A stretch of DNA of 64,000 nt from Octopus vulgaris. Taxonomy: Eukaryota. Below the pieces are notes generated by a model. The model saw nothing but the letters and a program-made list of their open reading frames with translations. It was not told the DNA's origin and made no database searches. The stretch is taken from positions 71,114,001 through 71,178,000 of the forward strand of contig OX597815.1 of the NCBI GenBank assembly GCA_951406725.2, read 5' to 3'. The first letter of the stretch is position 1; each line of letters begins with the position of its first letter. The position numbers and the translations under genes were made by a program. This document shows, in pieces, positions 12,400-24,171 of the stretch.

Positions 12400-12800
12400 A
12401 AATTGATGGTAAATGTTTTTATTTTTCATTCCATTCAAGAATTTATCCCTAAATGGTGGTTTGGACTTTAGCTGTACTTTCTAGCATAAGGGAGTCGTAT
12501 GATGGAAACCTCTTAATGTGTTTAAATATACACTGTATTTTATTTGAATAATATATAGTCTATTGACTAATTTTTCTATATGCTAGGCCACTGGTAGTAA
12601 AAATTTCTAAAATCTTTATTACCCTGATATTATTAATCATGCATAATGATTTCTAGGAGATTCGTTTGAAGAAATTGCCGGCATCTTTTTGCTGCCGACA
12701 AAAAAACTGCGCTTGCGCGGTGGATTTAAAAAAATTAAAATGTATAAGCAAGAGGCATATGCTAGATTGGCCTCGTGTTTATATGTTTAATCTTGGCGTG

Positions 12801-12869
12801 CCTGTTGACGAAGACTTCGCCTAGCAAATTATTTTATTTGCTAAAAAAAGTCAGAAACCATGGTCCAGG
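12801..12869 (+). ncRNA. Type I hammerhead motif, C3U variant, copy 2
   Basis: CCTG-TTGACGA-A-GACTT..TAGCAAAT/ATTTGCTA..AAGTC-A-GAAA-CCATGG-TC-CAGG. Confidence 0.72.
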
Positions 12870-13015
12870 AAATAGATGGTAAATGTTTTTATTTTTCATT
12901 TCCTTCGAGAATTTATCCCTAATTAGTGGTTTGGACTTTAGCTGTTCTTTCTAGCGTAAGGGAGTCCTATGATGGAAACCTTTTAATGTGTTTAAATGTA
13001 CACTGTATTTTATTG

Positions 13016-13093
<78 letters not shown>

Positions 13094-14169
13094 CAGTTAT
13101 TAGATATGTGAATGTTATAGAATTATTCATGAGCACTGGAAGTAGATTATGAAGAGTATGTTGGAGATAAATTTAAAGTTAAAGCTATTAATTAATATAT
13201 TTGCATACCTAATGTATGGCATTAATTTACTGAATATTTTCCCCGTTTAAGTATAAATCACTGCTTTCTTGTTTTAAATTTCCCCCAATTCCTATTTAAC
13301 GATTTATTACAATGGTTCTCAAACATTTTTTTCTTCTAGCGTACCTTTGCGTCATGCCAGACAGTTTCGGCGAACCTCTTGTGAAGAAAATATTGTGAAA
13401 CGGTGGAATATTACAGAACACGCAAAAGTGGATAGATATCATTTTGTTGATACTAAAGACACGGTCCTTATCATAGTACTAAAATACCAGAACAAGTTTC
13501 ATTAGGGTACCTTTACTACTCCTTGCAGCACCAAACCAAAACACCAAAGCCATAAACGTAAAAGCTACTACGATGGCCACCACCACCACTACCACCACTA
13601 CCATCGCCACCAATTCTAAAACAGTAATCGAAAAGTTGAATGACAAGCAACCATATGTTTAGGTAAACTTCTATATCTTAATGAAAGCCTTGACAATTCA
13701 ATTTATTTCTAAGACTTCTCTTTTTGTATTCTTGTCTCGCTTCTATTTCCTTTCTCTTTTTCTTTGTTTTTGCCTTCACTTTTATCATTTTTCTATGTTT
13801 CTGTTTTTTTCCCTTCTGTCATTCATTCTTTCGTTGTTTGATTCTTTTATATTATTCCTTTCTTTTATTTTTTATTTTTCATTACTGTCTACCTTTTCTT
13901 TTTACATTCTTGAAATTGAGTTTTCACATCATCTTTCACAAAAAAAATCATATAAATCTTATCCCAGTAACGTTAGTATCATGTGAAATATCTGTATATA
14001 AAGAACGTATAATCCCTCTCTCTCCCTCTCTCTCCCCGCTTCTCTCTCTCCCCCTCTCTCTCTCTGTATCTTGATATGAAGCTGTATTATATACTTACTC
14101 ATTTTCTTTTACAAATAAAAATTCATACTCGTATGTATGCATGCATTGTCTTGGTTTACGTAGTTGGAA

Positions 14170-14520
14170 GACTATGTATATAAGATGAATAACTTCATCG
14201 TGTATCAGGGTATTACAACTGAAACAAATCGACAATGATGCGTCATACATCGGCTTAGAAAATTCATTTAAAGGTCGACTTTGCCAGCATAAGGTCTCTC
14301 AGCTATCATCACAACTACTGCATGACTCTCGAAGTACGTTTGACAGAATAAGGAAAAGGTTGAGTGTGCTGATATTGTTCGGCATCCCTTTAACAGAACC
14401 ACCCCATGCAACAATAATCCCAAATGCTATCAGTTTTGCTTGACGGAAAACTATCATATAATGAAACCACACCTGTAACAAACAGGAAGTTAGAACTATT
14501 ATCGATTTTGCTTTTTATTT
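14170..14520 (+). mobile_element. Penelope-like GIY-YIG endonuclease remnant
   Basis: IVYQG.../DNDASYIGLENSFKGRLCQHKVS, LSKYV, FCLTENYHI across frameshifts. Confidence 0.7.
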
Positions 14521-14604
14521 CAACAACTACGAAAATCTCCCGTTGAAGATTCTGAAATTACTCTCTCTCTCTTTCTCTCTATCTCTCTTTCTGTGTGCGC
14601 GCAC

Positions 14605-14666
<62 letters not shown>

Positions 14667-15059
14667 TTTCTCACTTTTTTTCCTATATTTTTCTTTTTTC
14701 TCTTCTATTTTCTTCTCTTCTATTCATTCTATATCCTTTCAAAATTTCTCCCAGGCGTTACCCAATACAATGCATCTTGGCCTAAGGGCCCTTAATGTTT
14801 GTCTTCGTCGATTGTGTATTCTGTACGTCGTCGTTGTTCGTTCGTTCAAAGCTCTAACTCTCCACAAATTTATATTTTTAGAACTTCTGGTTGCTGCTGT
14901 TATATGAAGTTTTCCTATCTTGTTAAAAGCACGAAATAGGGAATGATTAACAGTCGACAACTGAGGAGGGCTTAGATTTCTTTTGGTATTTTGTCCCGTA
15001 CTTGTTTCCCATTTTGTGTTTACGTATTTTCACTCGTTGGGGATGTCCTGTACTTTATG

Positions 15060-15144
<85 letters not shown>

Positions 15145-15596
15145 GTAAGTATGTATAGAAAGATATGAAGACAGCCAGACAGAGAGAAAGAATGAAAGAA
15201 ATAAAGAAACAAATTAAATAGATTGACTTGAAAAAATATTCTTAACTTAAAAATAAATAATTATATTAAACACTTTTTGTAGAAAGCGTATTAATACACC
15301 TGGTGGAAGAACATTTTTATTTAAGTACTTTTCATTATCTGAAAATGGCGAAAAGCATTTGCACAGAAACTTCCTTCCATCACGTCTGCGTTAATCTGCT
15401 TTTTTTTAAAAAAGAATTTTTTACATAATTGATAATTTTAAGTTGCGAATTTCTTTTTAAAATATTGTGACAATATCAAGAAATATTTCTAAGATGTACA
15501 TATTTATGGATATGCAAATATGTGTGTATGTGTGTGTGCTGTGTGTGTGTGTGTGCTTGTGTGTGTGTGTGTAGTTAAGTCTATATCCGGTCTTAA

Positions 15597-15654
15597 AGTG
15601 ACTAATGGTTTCGTATCCACAAAAAGTTTAGCCCCATGGACGTCGCATCAGACT
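15597..15654 (-). ncRNA. Degenerate type I hammerhead motif (A9C)
   Basis: Minus strand AGT-CTGATGC-GACGTCCAT...GTGGATAC-GAAA-CCATTAG-TC-ACT. Confidence 0.5.
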
Positions 15655-15658
15655 CTCC

Positions 15659-15693
<35 letters not shown>

Positions 15694-15697
15694 TCTA

Positions 15698-15728
<31 letters not shown>

Positions 15729-15753
15729 CTATCGTCTGTCTATCTGTCTATCA

Positions 15754-15839
<86 letters not shown>

Positions 15840-16344
15840 ATGTATGTCTGTATGTATATACATATATAAATATTTCGTTATGTGCAACTGAAGCCGTATT
15901 ATTTTGAAATCATGTGTGTATCATACATAAAACAGATACATAACCGAAAGCCCAAACAACTGCAGTATTCATCCCGAGACAGCACCTAAAATAGACGTAC
16001 AGTGATAAAAAAGAAAACAACACAAAAATGAATAAGTTGCAAGCGAAATTCTTCCGGCAGCAGCAGCAGCAGCAGCGGTAGTATCGCTAAAAACTCTTTT
16101 CAGTATCTTTGGGCTTCGTCAGTAGTAAGTATCCACCGGCAGTCGCATGCTAAGACAAAACCCACTGCTATTGATATAGTAAACAGTGTCTGAAAAGTTG
16201 CTGAGGCAATTTACCCGCAAATACACAGATAGTGTATCAGGTGATGCTCCGGAAAGTCGAGCGCAACAGATATGTTAACCAATGAAAGTTATTTATTGTT
16301 AGCCAATGACAGTGAGAGATACATTTTTCGTCTTTATATCTTTT

Positions 16345-16625
16345 TATTCTCTTTTATTCTTTTACTTGTTTCAGTTATATGACTGCAGCCATGGTGGAAC
16401 ACTGCCTTGAAAGGTTTTAGCCGAACAAATCGTCCTCAGGACTTTTTTTAAAACTAGGTACTTATTCTATCGGTTCTTTTGCTGAACGGCTAAGTTACGG
16501 AGACGTAAACGTACCAATACCAGTTGTCAAGCGGTGATGATGTTGGTGGTAGTGGTGGGGGACAAACACAGACACAAAGACACACACACACATACAGGTG
16601 CGTATTCACACACATACAGGTGCGT

Positions 16626-16686
<61 letters not shown>

Positions 16687-16857
16687 CACATATGTGACGG
16701 GCTTCTTTCAGTTTTCCTCTACCAAATCCACTCACAAGGCTTTGGTCGGTCAGAAGCTATAGTAGAAGACACTTGCCCAAGGTGCCATGCAGTGGGACTG
16801 AACCCGGAGCGAAGTGATTGGAAAGAAAGCTTCTTGTCACACAGCTACGCCTGCACC
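16345..16857 (-). mobile_element. SINE family A, full length, with internal (CA)n(TA)n
   Basis: Reverse complement match to the 29352-29782 copy. Confidence 0.9.
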
Positions 16858-17067
16858 TAAGCATATTGTTTTTCACCGGAAAATATTTATTGTATAGTTT
16901 CTGTAATGTTTAGTAACGTAGATTGCGTAGTTCCTCAAAATATTTAGAATGTATACCTGTGCACATATGTGAGCTCTACTATTAGGATTCTGCAAATGTA
17001 ATCACAAGATTCACGGTTTCAAAGGATAAGCAGATTATACATGAACTATTAATATTTTCTATCCGTT

Positions 17068-17430
17068 AGGATGTAACTAATCCTGCTACCAAGATCCTTA
17101 CACTGGGAATGGATGAAGATAATGCTGAGGAATGGATGAACGTAGTGTAACTTACGTACATCGTTATACTCAGTGGGAGATTAAATGGGTTGCTATTAAT
17201 TGTGAACAAACAAAGTAAGGAAGAAAACAGTGGTGAATATGAAGAAGAAGTAACAGCAGAAAGAATCTCCATTGATATATTATCTCTGTTGACAGGAAAA
17301 GTGCTAAAAGGTCTAGAACAATGAAGTTTTATAACTGAACAAGAAATATTGAACGCTTACATGCTGCAGGATAAATTAATCAAAGAAAGACCCAATTATA
17401 TGAAACAGCTTAGCTTCGAAGATATATTTT
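17068..17430 (+). mobile_element. Tigger/pogo-like transposase C-terminal remnant
   Basis: DEDNAEEWMNV...ERISID...KGLEQ*SFITEQEILNAYMLQDKLIKERPNYMKQLSFEDIF resembles the acidic/dimerisation tail of Tigger/JRKL-type proteins; contains stops. Confidence 0.6.
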
Positions 17431-18204
17431 CATTGAAATGAGAATAATAAATAGGATTATATATACGTTTGTGTGTGTATAAATATATATACATGTATAC
17501 ATAAATACACACACACACACACATGCACACACATACAGGCACACATATATATACTTGTGTGTATGTATGTGTATGTGTGTATGTGTGTGTGTAACGGTAC
17601 TGTTGTAATATTGCGTTTTAGCTTCAATTGAAAATAATAGAACTTTTACCATTGTTTCCTTAATGTGGCTTCATAGTTATGTGTATTTAAAGTTATTGGA
17701 GCTCCAGTGATTATACTGGCTCTAATCTATTTCCTTTGTACTATGCAACATACGAGTCGACATTTCAAAATCCAGTGCCATTCGTCTTTATTCATCCAGA
17801 TGTGCTGCTGCCGCTATTGAATGTTCCTGAAGAAGGTATGTCAAATTCTTCTGCCAGTGCTTAATTTCGGTTACCGTCCAAGATGGTATTTATGTCATAT
17901 TCACCTGCTTCGCTTCCTGATACGTAAGTCTACACATTTACAAAATCCAGCTTTTCACTTTTGAAGCAATAATGATAAACTTATCCTATCAGAACTTACC
18001 TTACAACTTATCATTCAACATGCCACCATCTATACCAGAAAATACAAGCTTTCCAGAAATTATAGGAAGCAAAGATGAACTCAATTGCACCACAGTCTCA
18101 TGAAGGTTAGCAAGCCGAAAATTTGAAGTCATTGTTACCATTATAACTTGCAAATTTGTAATGTGTGTGTGTGTGTGGGGGGGGGGATGAGTGCGCGTGC
18201 GCAT

Positions 18205-18440
18205 ACCTTCGAAACGCAGAGTAGATGAAACAGGGACAACTGAAGAAGGGGAATATTCTTTGTATTGTATGTCTTGTATTCTGTTTTTCGTTGTTTGAAA
18301 AATAGTTCGTTTCTATTTTTTGTTTGTTTTTATGCTTTCGTTTCTCATTGTGTTAAACGTTTTTTGATGTCCTGTACCCATATATGCATGTATATATACA
18401 TATATATGTAGGTATGTACATATATGTATGTATATATGCA
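18205..18440 (+). mobile_element. Probable Penelope-like pLTR fragment starting in the 3' half of a hammerhead
   Basis: CCTTC-GAAA-CGCAGAG-TA-GATG..., then GACAACTGAAGAAGGG and a T-rich tract; loosely similar to 14930-15060 (GACAACTGAGGAGGG...GATGTCCTGTAC). Confidence 0.45.
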
Positions 18441-18498
18441 TATATTTATATTATTATATGATCTAACGCCACGCATCCTTTTCCAAGTATATATATAT

Positions 18499-18555
<57 letters not shown>

Positions 18556-18557
<2 letters not shown>

Positions 18558-18705
18558 ACCGTGATCACCGTGATCACCGTGACCGACCAGGCTATCAGAT
18601 GTTGCTACACATCGCTGGTCACAATGCGCTTCGCATTGTTTTAGCCTTCAAATGACGCCACCTCGCAGGCTAAGCGAGCAGGCCAACAGAAGAAAGAGTG
18701 AGAGA
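18556..18705 (-). mobile_element. SINE-like fragment, probably related to family E
   Basis: Ends CAACAGAAGAAAGAGTGAGAG, similar to 55076-55100; only a short match. Confidence 0.45.
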
Positions 18706-18761
18706 CAGAGGGAGAGACAGAGGTATGTATATGTGTACACACATAGCTGCATCTGCATTAA

Positions 18762-18872
18762 ATCCTAAGTCTAAAGTTCAGTCGAAACAACGGAAGCATA
18801 ATAACTCACCACCTCCAAAGAAAGCTCGTGTCCAACCCTCAATAGCAAGGTGATGCTCAGTCTTTTGGGACT
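18762..18872 (+). repeat. 111-bp copy of the mariner-internal segment 20096-20206
   Basis: One mismatch over 111 bp by eye. Confidence 0.92.
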
Positions 18873-19290
18873 GACATACACATATATATCCACACCCACC
18901 CACATATATCTACACACACATATATGTGTGTGTGTATCTGTGCAGGTACCTATATACACAAATGCGTGTATGTGCGTAAGTATCTGGTTTTCCCCCACCA
19001 TTTCGTTTTATTGTTCTCGTTTATAGAGACCCTGTCAACTATTTAGAAACAACCTTATCTTATTTATAACACTTTACGGGGTCAAACGAGATCATGCAGT
19101 CTCTTCTCTCTCCTCTCTTCAGCCTTTCTCTCTTCACTCACTCCCCTTCCCGATCCAGCTCTTCAACGAGTTCTTCGTTATAAACTTATTGCTAACTTAA
19201 TCTCTTCATTCTCTGACCGAACTTGAGTCGGCTGAGTCTTCTGGTACTATGTATTTGTTCTTGAGAAATTCTATTTAATTCTTACCTGTA

Positions 19291-19379
19291 TTCACCTGAT
19301 GAAAACTGACTTTATTTGTATGATGTAACACTTCTGTTTATCAATAAAAAATTAACACGCCTGAAACAGCTGGAGTGAA
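19291..19379 (+). ncRNA. Degenerate type I hammerhead with long stem II region
   Basis: TTCAC-CTGATGA-(60 nt)-GAAA-CAGCTG-GA-GTGAA; perfect stem I, palindromic stem III, cleavage-site U mutated. Confidence 0.6.
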
Positions 19380-19588
19380 CCACAATCTATCTGTTGTTAT
19401 TGTTTATCCTTCACCTGATTCGGAACCAGCAATTCGTTTGGATCTAGAGTCTATACACGGTGGTGCAGTAAGTGCACCCATGTATGACATTGATGACACG
19501 CTGTATAATCAGTCAACCATTTGTGAATGTGTGTATAAATGGAGAATAAATCCGTGTTTACTTCATTGAGTACGTATTTGTTGTTATA

Positions 19589-20706
19589 CGAGGGACGCTC
19601 ATTAAAGATTACCCCTGACCCACTTCCGTTTATTGCAGGAAACGCAACTTGTGCCTGTATAATCATAAATGTCTCAACATCTCACATTGTAAATTGTAGC
19701 TTTCCACTAGTATTCGTTTGTCTTTTGCGGCTGTGAAGTGGACTAAGGTGTTATAATGGAGGCAATTGAATGTAAATTACTGAACAGGTTTATGGTGGCA
19801 GTGCACCAACATACGACGTAGTCACGCACAGGCATCGGCAGTTCAAATGTGGTCGGACATCGGTGGAGACTGCTCCTATTCCTGGACGACCACATTCCGC
19901 CACTGATGACATAAAGTAGAAGCGGCCATTTTAGAGGATCGCCGCATAAGCATTCGGCAACTTGGCCAAGAAATGAAGATAAGTGTAGGGTCAGTAGAAA
20001 AAATCACTCACGACCATTTGCACATGCTGAAGTAGTGCACAGTGGATTCCTTGGCAAACTTATTATACAGAATGAAACATGGGTCCATCACTATCATCCT
20101 AAGTCTAAAGTTCAGTCGAAACAACGGAAGCATAATAGCTCACCACCTCCAAAGAAAGCTCGTGTCCAACCCTCAATAGCAAGGTGATGCTCAGTCTTTT
20201 GGGACTAGCACGGAATTGTGATGATGGATTTTCTGGCGAAGGCACCACAATTAACGGGACATATTATGCTTTTCTGCTGCAGAAATTGCGGGATGCTATC
20301 AAAGCAGACAGGCGTGGCATGTTGACCAAAGTAGTCCGCCTCACCCAAGACAACGCTGCAGTTCACAAAGCACATGTTGCCCAGATGAAAGCACACTCCT
20401 GAAGCTATTAAATCCTTCCTCTTCTCCGTTGCTCTCTTGACCTAGCACCATCTGACATCCATCTCTTACCAACCATAAAGTCTTTTTCTTAAAGGAGAAG
20501 CACTTTTCGGATGATGATGAACTTATTTCCGAGATAAATTCTTGGTTCCAGACGCAACCTACCGACTTCTACAGAAGTATAAAGCGATAGGAGAAGTGTG
20601 TCATCAATGGTGGTGGCTATGTAGAGAAGGACATATTTATGCAAGTTTCGTTTAACCCAGTCGTTGGGAAGTGGGTCAGGGGAAAAACTTTAATAAATAC
20701 ACCTCG
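19589..20706 (+). mobile_element. Mariner transposon, near full length, transposase pseudogene
   Basis: TIRs CGAGGG...CCCCTGACCCACTTCC / GGAAGTGGGTCAGGGG...CCTCG flanked by TA; motifs GRP, WIP, NETWVHHY, QDNA, SLDLAPSD. Confidence 0.93.
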
Positions 20707-21072
20707 TACATTGTGTACAATGGCGCTCTCACCGACCCGATCTTGGTGTTTCCACTATTTAAGTACCTGATTCTCTTGAATCCTGGGATTTTTTTGTACA
20801 CATACACACACATATACATGTGTATATGTATATTTAGATATATATGTATATGTGTATATATGTAAAGATATACATATACATGTACGTACACACACACACA
20901 CACATATATATAAAATATACATACACGTATAAGTACTGTTTTGCTCCTCCTTCCTTAACTCTTTATCTCTCATTTGGCGTGTATAACGTTCATTTACTTA
21001 TTTCCTGACAAAAAGTCCACTACGTGCTCTTATCATGCACCTTGTATGTTAACTTCCTCTGTATTTGACTCT

Positions 21073-21115
<43 letters not shown>

Positions 21116-21194
21116 ACTCTCTCCTCCCGTCTCTTTACAAAATAAAGCGTGTATATATCCATATACTCACATACATGTACATACAATATATGTA

Positions 21195-21230
<36 letters not shown>

Positions 21231-21448
21231 GAAATATTGCATTTCTAAATCTCTCAGACTTATAGAGAAGCAGCACGATAAAGTGATGGTTTGTTGCCAA
21301 CTTAATGTGGCAGTCCCAGGAAAGGGAAGAATACTACTGCTATTCAGCCCTAGGAAACATCGTTTCCAGTTGGCTACGTGACACAAGCGTTCTGTGTCCT
21401 TAGGTTTTCAAACAGAGGCGATAAGCACCTCCACCCAGCAAAGCCAGC

Positions 21449-21493
21449 TTCCATAGACTAGTTTCAGAGTTATTGTTCTTCATCAGTCTGGAG
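21449..21493 (-). ncRNA. Minimal type I hammerhead ribozyme
   Basis: Minus strand CTCCAGA-CTGATGA-AGAA-CAATAA-CTCT-GAAA-CTAG-TC-TATGGAA; core intact, mismatches in stems I and II. Confidence 0.78.
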
Positions 21494-21506
21494 TCGCTTG
21501 GCTTGC

Positions 21507-23233
21507 TTGCTTGATTCTTTATTACAGGCACAAGGCCTAATTACAGAGGAGACATACAAAGACATGCGGGAACATAAACTATATGAAGGATGAATGTGAA
21601 ATGAATATATTTACAATGCAGATGAGCCGGCCATCTCGCTCCCGCTGGGAGATGAAACCGTCTATTCCTTTACCCTTAATTTTTACACAACGTCTCGCCT
21701 CGCTTCGAGGCGAAACCGCGATTTCCCTTTTCGCTTTTGCCCTACAATTACACCACTTTTAAAACATATGTTCAAACATGATTTACTTCTTATTTTTCCT
21801 TTTTCTTTAAAAGTCAACCGAATACAATATTTTTTTAAAAACATTTTGGAAACCTGTTCATTCAACCATTGCAAAATGGTTTTCCTCAGTTAGAGTCTTT
21901 ACACAATTGTATCGACTTACCTCTTCTGTCTCTCACAATGTCTTTCATTCTTACACTCCTTTACGTTGGGGTGTCCTATCTCGCTATAATTTTCCTATTG
22001 TTTGTGTTTTTCATGTTGTCTCTTTTTGTTTCTATTTTCCTGCTGTTTTATGTGTTCTTGTATCTTCGTCTCTAAGTCTGTGTATTTATGTGTTTGTGTG
22101 TCTCTGTGTTCGTTTGGCTGTAACTCTACGTGCTTCGTCTGTATGTTTTTAGGTTTCCGTTTTCCGTACTTCTGGGTTGTCTTGTTTTTGGTCTGCATGA
22201 CTCTGTCCTTTTAATTACTTTGCTAGTACTTCCTCTGGTACATTTTCTCCGTTTCTCGTCGTGGGTTGAGTTTCTTCTTCCATTCCTTTACACTTCTTCA
22301 CTTTCACTGTCGTCGGTGACTTTCTTCTCTCTCTTTTCTTGGGTTTTGCCTCCGCCAAATTCCCATCATATTCTGTTCTCTACTGCTTTTTCTCACCACT
22401 ATACCTTCATGAACACTCTCTTCCGCCATTTCTACTACTGCTCTAGGACATTTCCTTCTCGGGTGTCCTCTTTCACCGCATCCGTAACATTTTGGGGGTC
22501 TCCCCTCCAACATTACTTCCAGTTTGTCACCATTTGGTAATTCCATAGTTTCCGCCATTTTGTCGTAATATTCTGGGCTTACCGCGCAAATTACTTTAAT
22601 ACCATATCCCCAGCAATTCAGTTGTTGAGTTCTACTTACTATGCAAATCTCCAGGTTTTCATTTCCCTTCTCCATCTCTGAATTAAAAATTGCGACTATT
22701 ACCCATTCTGGGTCTATCGAAGGTGGGATTCTTCCCTCCCTGACCATGACGATTCTTTTGCCCAAACAGTTCGGCATCAACGTCCATTTCTCTCCCATTA
22801 TCAGTCTGTTGTCGTCATTTTCGCCTCCTCTTCTGATGTAAAGGCTACAATTATAATTGCATATTTCCTTCCTCTTGTAAAGGCAGTTATCTCTTCACCT
22901 ATTTGTTCCTTCAATATTTCCTCTATCTCTTCCTACGGCGCGTATTCTATTCTAATTTCATTCGAAAATGTTCTGAATATCACCGTCCTGCTTTCCATTT
23001 TTCTTTTTTCCTCCTCAGGCAGGGTCGTTTTTATGTTTGACCCGTCTTTTTTTTATCATGCCATAATATTTGGCTATCTTCTCTTCCAGCACACGTGGGT
23101 CCAGGTATGTCGACCTCCAGTAGCTTCCGCATAACTCTTCATTTTTTCCCAATTGTTTAAATTCTTCCCCAAAATGGCGGCTTCGCTCAAAAATTCGGTT
23201 AGACTCCTCCCAAATAACAACAAGAAAAGTGGG
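21507..23233 (-). mobile_element. ORF1-only or internally deleted L1/Tx1-like LINE inserted into the hammerhead unit
   Basis: Gag-like knuckle, no RT motifs seen in 1.7 kb, 3' end GGCCTTGTGCCTGTAATAAAAGAAT; host unit resumes at 23234. Confidence 0.7.
22304..22798 (-). pseudogene. LINE ORF1 (gag-like) fragment with CCHC zinc knuckle
   Basis: EGRPPKCYGCGERGHPRRKCP = CX2CX4HX4C. Confidence 0.8.
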
Positions 23234-23597
23234 TAGCTGTCGATGCTTATTATTCGCCTTTGAAAACTTATAGAATTTCAAGTGAAATAAATTCACTAAT
23301 TTACAAAATTAGAAATATTGCATTTCTAAATCTCTCAGGGGGTCTTATACAGTAGCAGTACGGTAAAGTGATGGTTGTTGTGAAATTAATGTAGCAGACC
23401 CAAGAAAGGGAAGAATACTTCTGCTATTTAGCTACACGAAATATCGTTTCCAGTTGGCCATGTGACACAAGCGTTCAGTGTCCTTAAGTTTTCAAACAGG
23501 GGAGATTTCTAATTTTGTTGATCAGTGAATTTATTTCACTTGAAATTCTATAAGTTTTCAAAGGCGAATAAGCATCGACAGCTAGCAAGCCAAGCTA

Positions 23598-23642
23598 CTC
23601 CAGACTGATGAAGAGCAATAACTCTTAAACTAGTCTCTGGAG
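23598..23642 (+). ncRNA. Minimal type I hammerhead, perfect stems, G12U core mutation
   Basis: CTCCAGA-CTGATGA-AGAG-CAATAA-CTCT-TAAA-CTAG-TC-TCTGGAG. Confidence 0.75.
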
Positions 23643-23796
23643 GCTGGCTTTCCAGGGTAGAGTTGCTTATCTCCCCTGATAGAAAACTTAAGGACACAGA
23701 ACGCTTGTGTCACGTAGCCAACAGGAAACGATGTTTCCCGGGTTCAAATAGCAATAGTATTCTTACCTTTCCTGGGACTGCCACATTAAGTTGGCA

Positions 23797-23846
<50 letters not shown>

Positions 23847-23924
23847 AAATATTAGGGAATAAATCCAAACTTATAGGGAAAAATCAGATTTAGGATTGAA
23901 TCCAATTTTATAGTAAAATATTAT

Positions 23925-24171
23925 ATCATATTAAATTAGAAATAAAACCACTATTAGGCAAACCATACAATGAAAAACTGAAGCCAATACATAAGATTAA
24001 TTAATTTATATTATTTTAAAAATATATATCAAAATTATTAAAAAATTATTAAAAACTTTTTTTAATAATTTTGATATATATTTTTAAAATAATATAAATT
24101 AATTAATCTTATGTATTGGCTTGAGTTTTTCATTGTATGATTTGCCTAATAGTGGTTTTATCTCTAATTTA

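Larger units (their letters stand above)
12132..13015 (+). mobile_element. Tandem dimer of a ~471-bp non-coding unit, each with a hammerhead motif (retrozyme-like or Penelope pLTR-like)
   Basis: 12132-12602 and 12603-13015 align along their length; ends in (TA)n(TG)n. Confidence 0.8.
21226..23797. mobile_element. ~354-bp hammerhead-bearing unit: about 1.5 tandem copies plus an inverted copy, interrupted by a LINE
   Basis: Unit 1 = 21226-21506 plus 23234-23306; partial unit 2 = 23307-23506; inverted copy = 23505-23797; (TA)n on both flanks. Confidence 0.85.

Noticed and set aside
13310-13396. Possible tiny hAT-like MITE (CAATGGTTCTCAAAC...)
   Set aside because: Right terminus too degenerate and no 8-bp TSD
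16085-16130. Minus-strand CTGACGA...GAAA hammerhead-like spacing
   Set aside because: Stem II only 2 bp and stem I only 3 bp; compatible with chance
17800-17835. Possible 36-nt exon (CCAG|...GAAG|GTATGT)
   Set aside because: Weak pyrimidine tract and no recognisable peptide or partner exons
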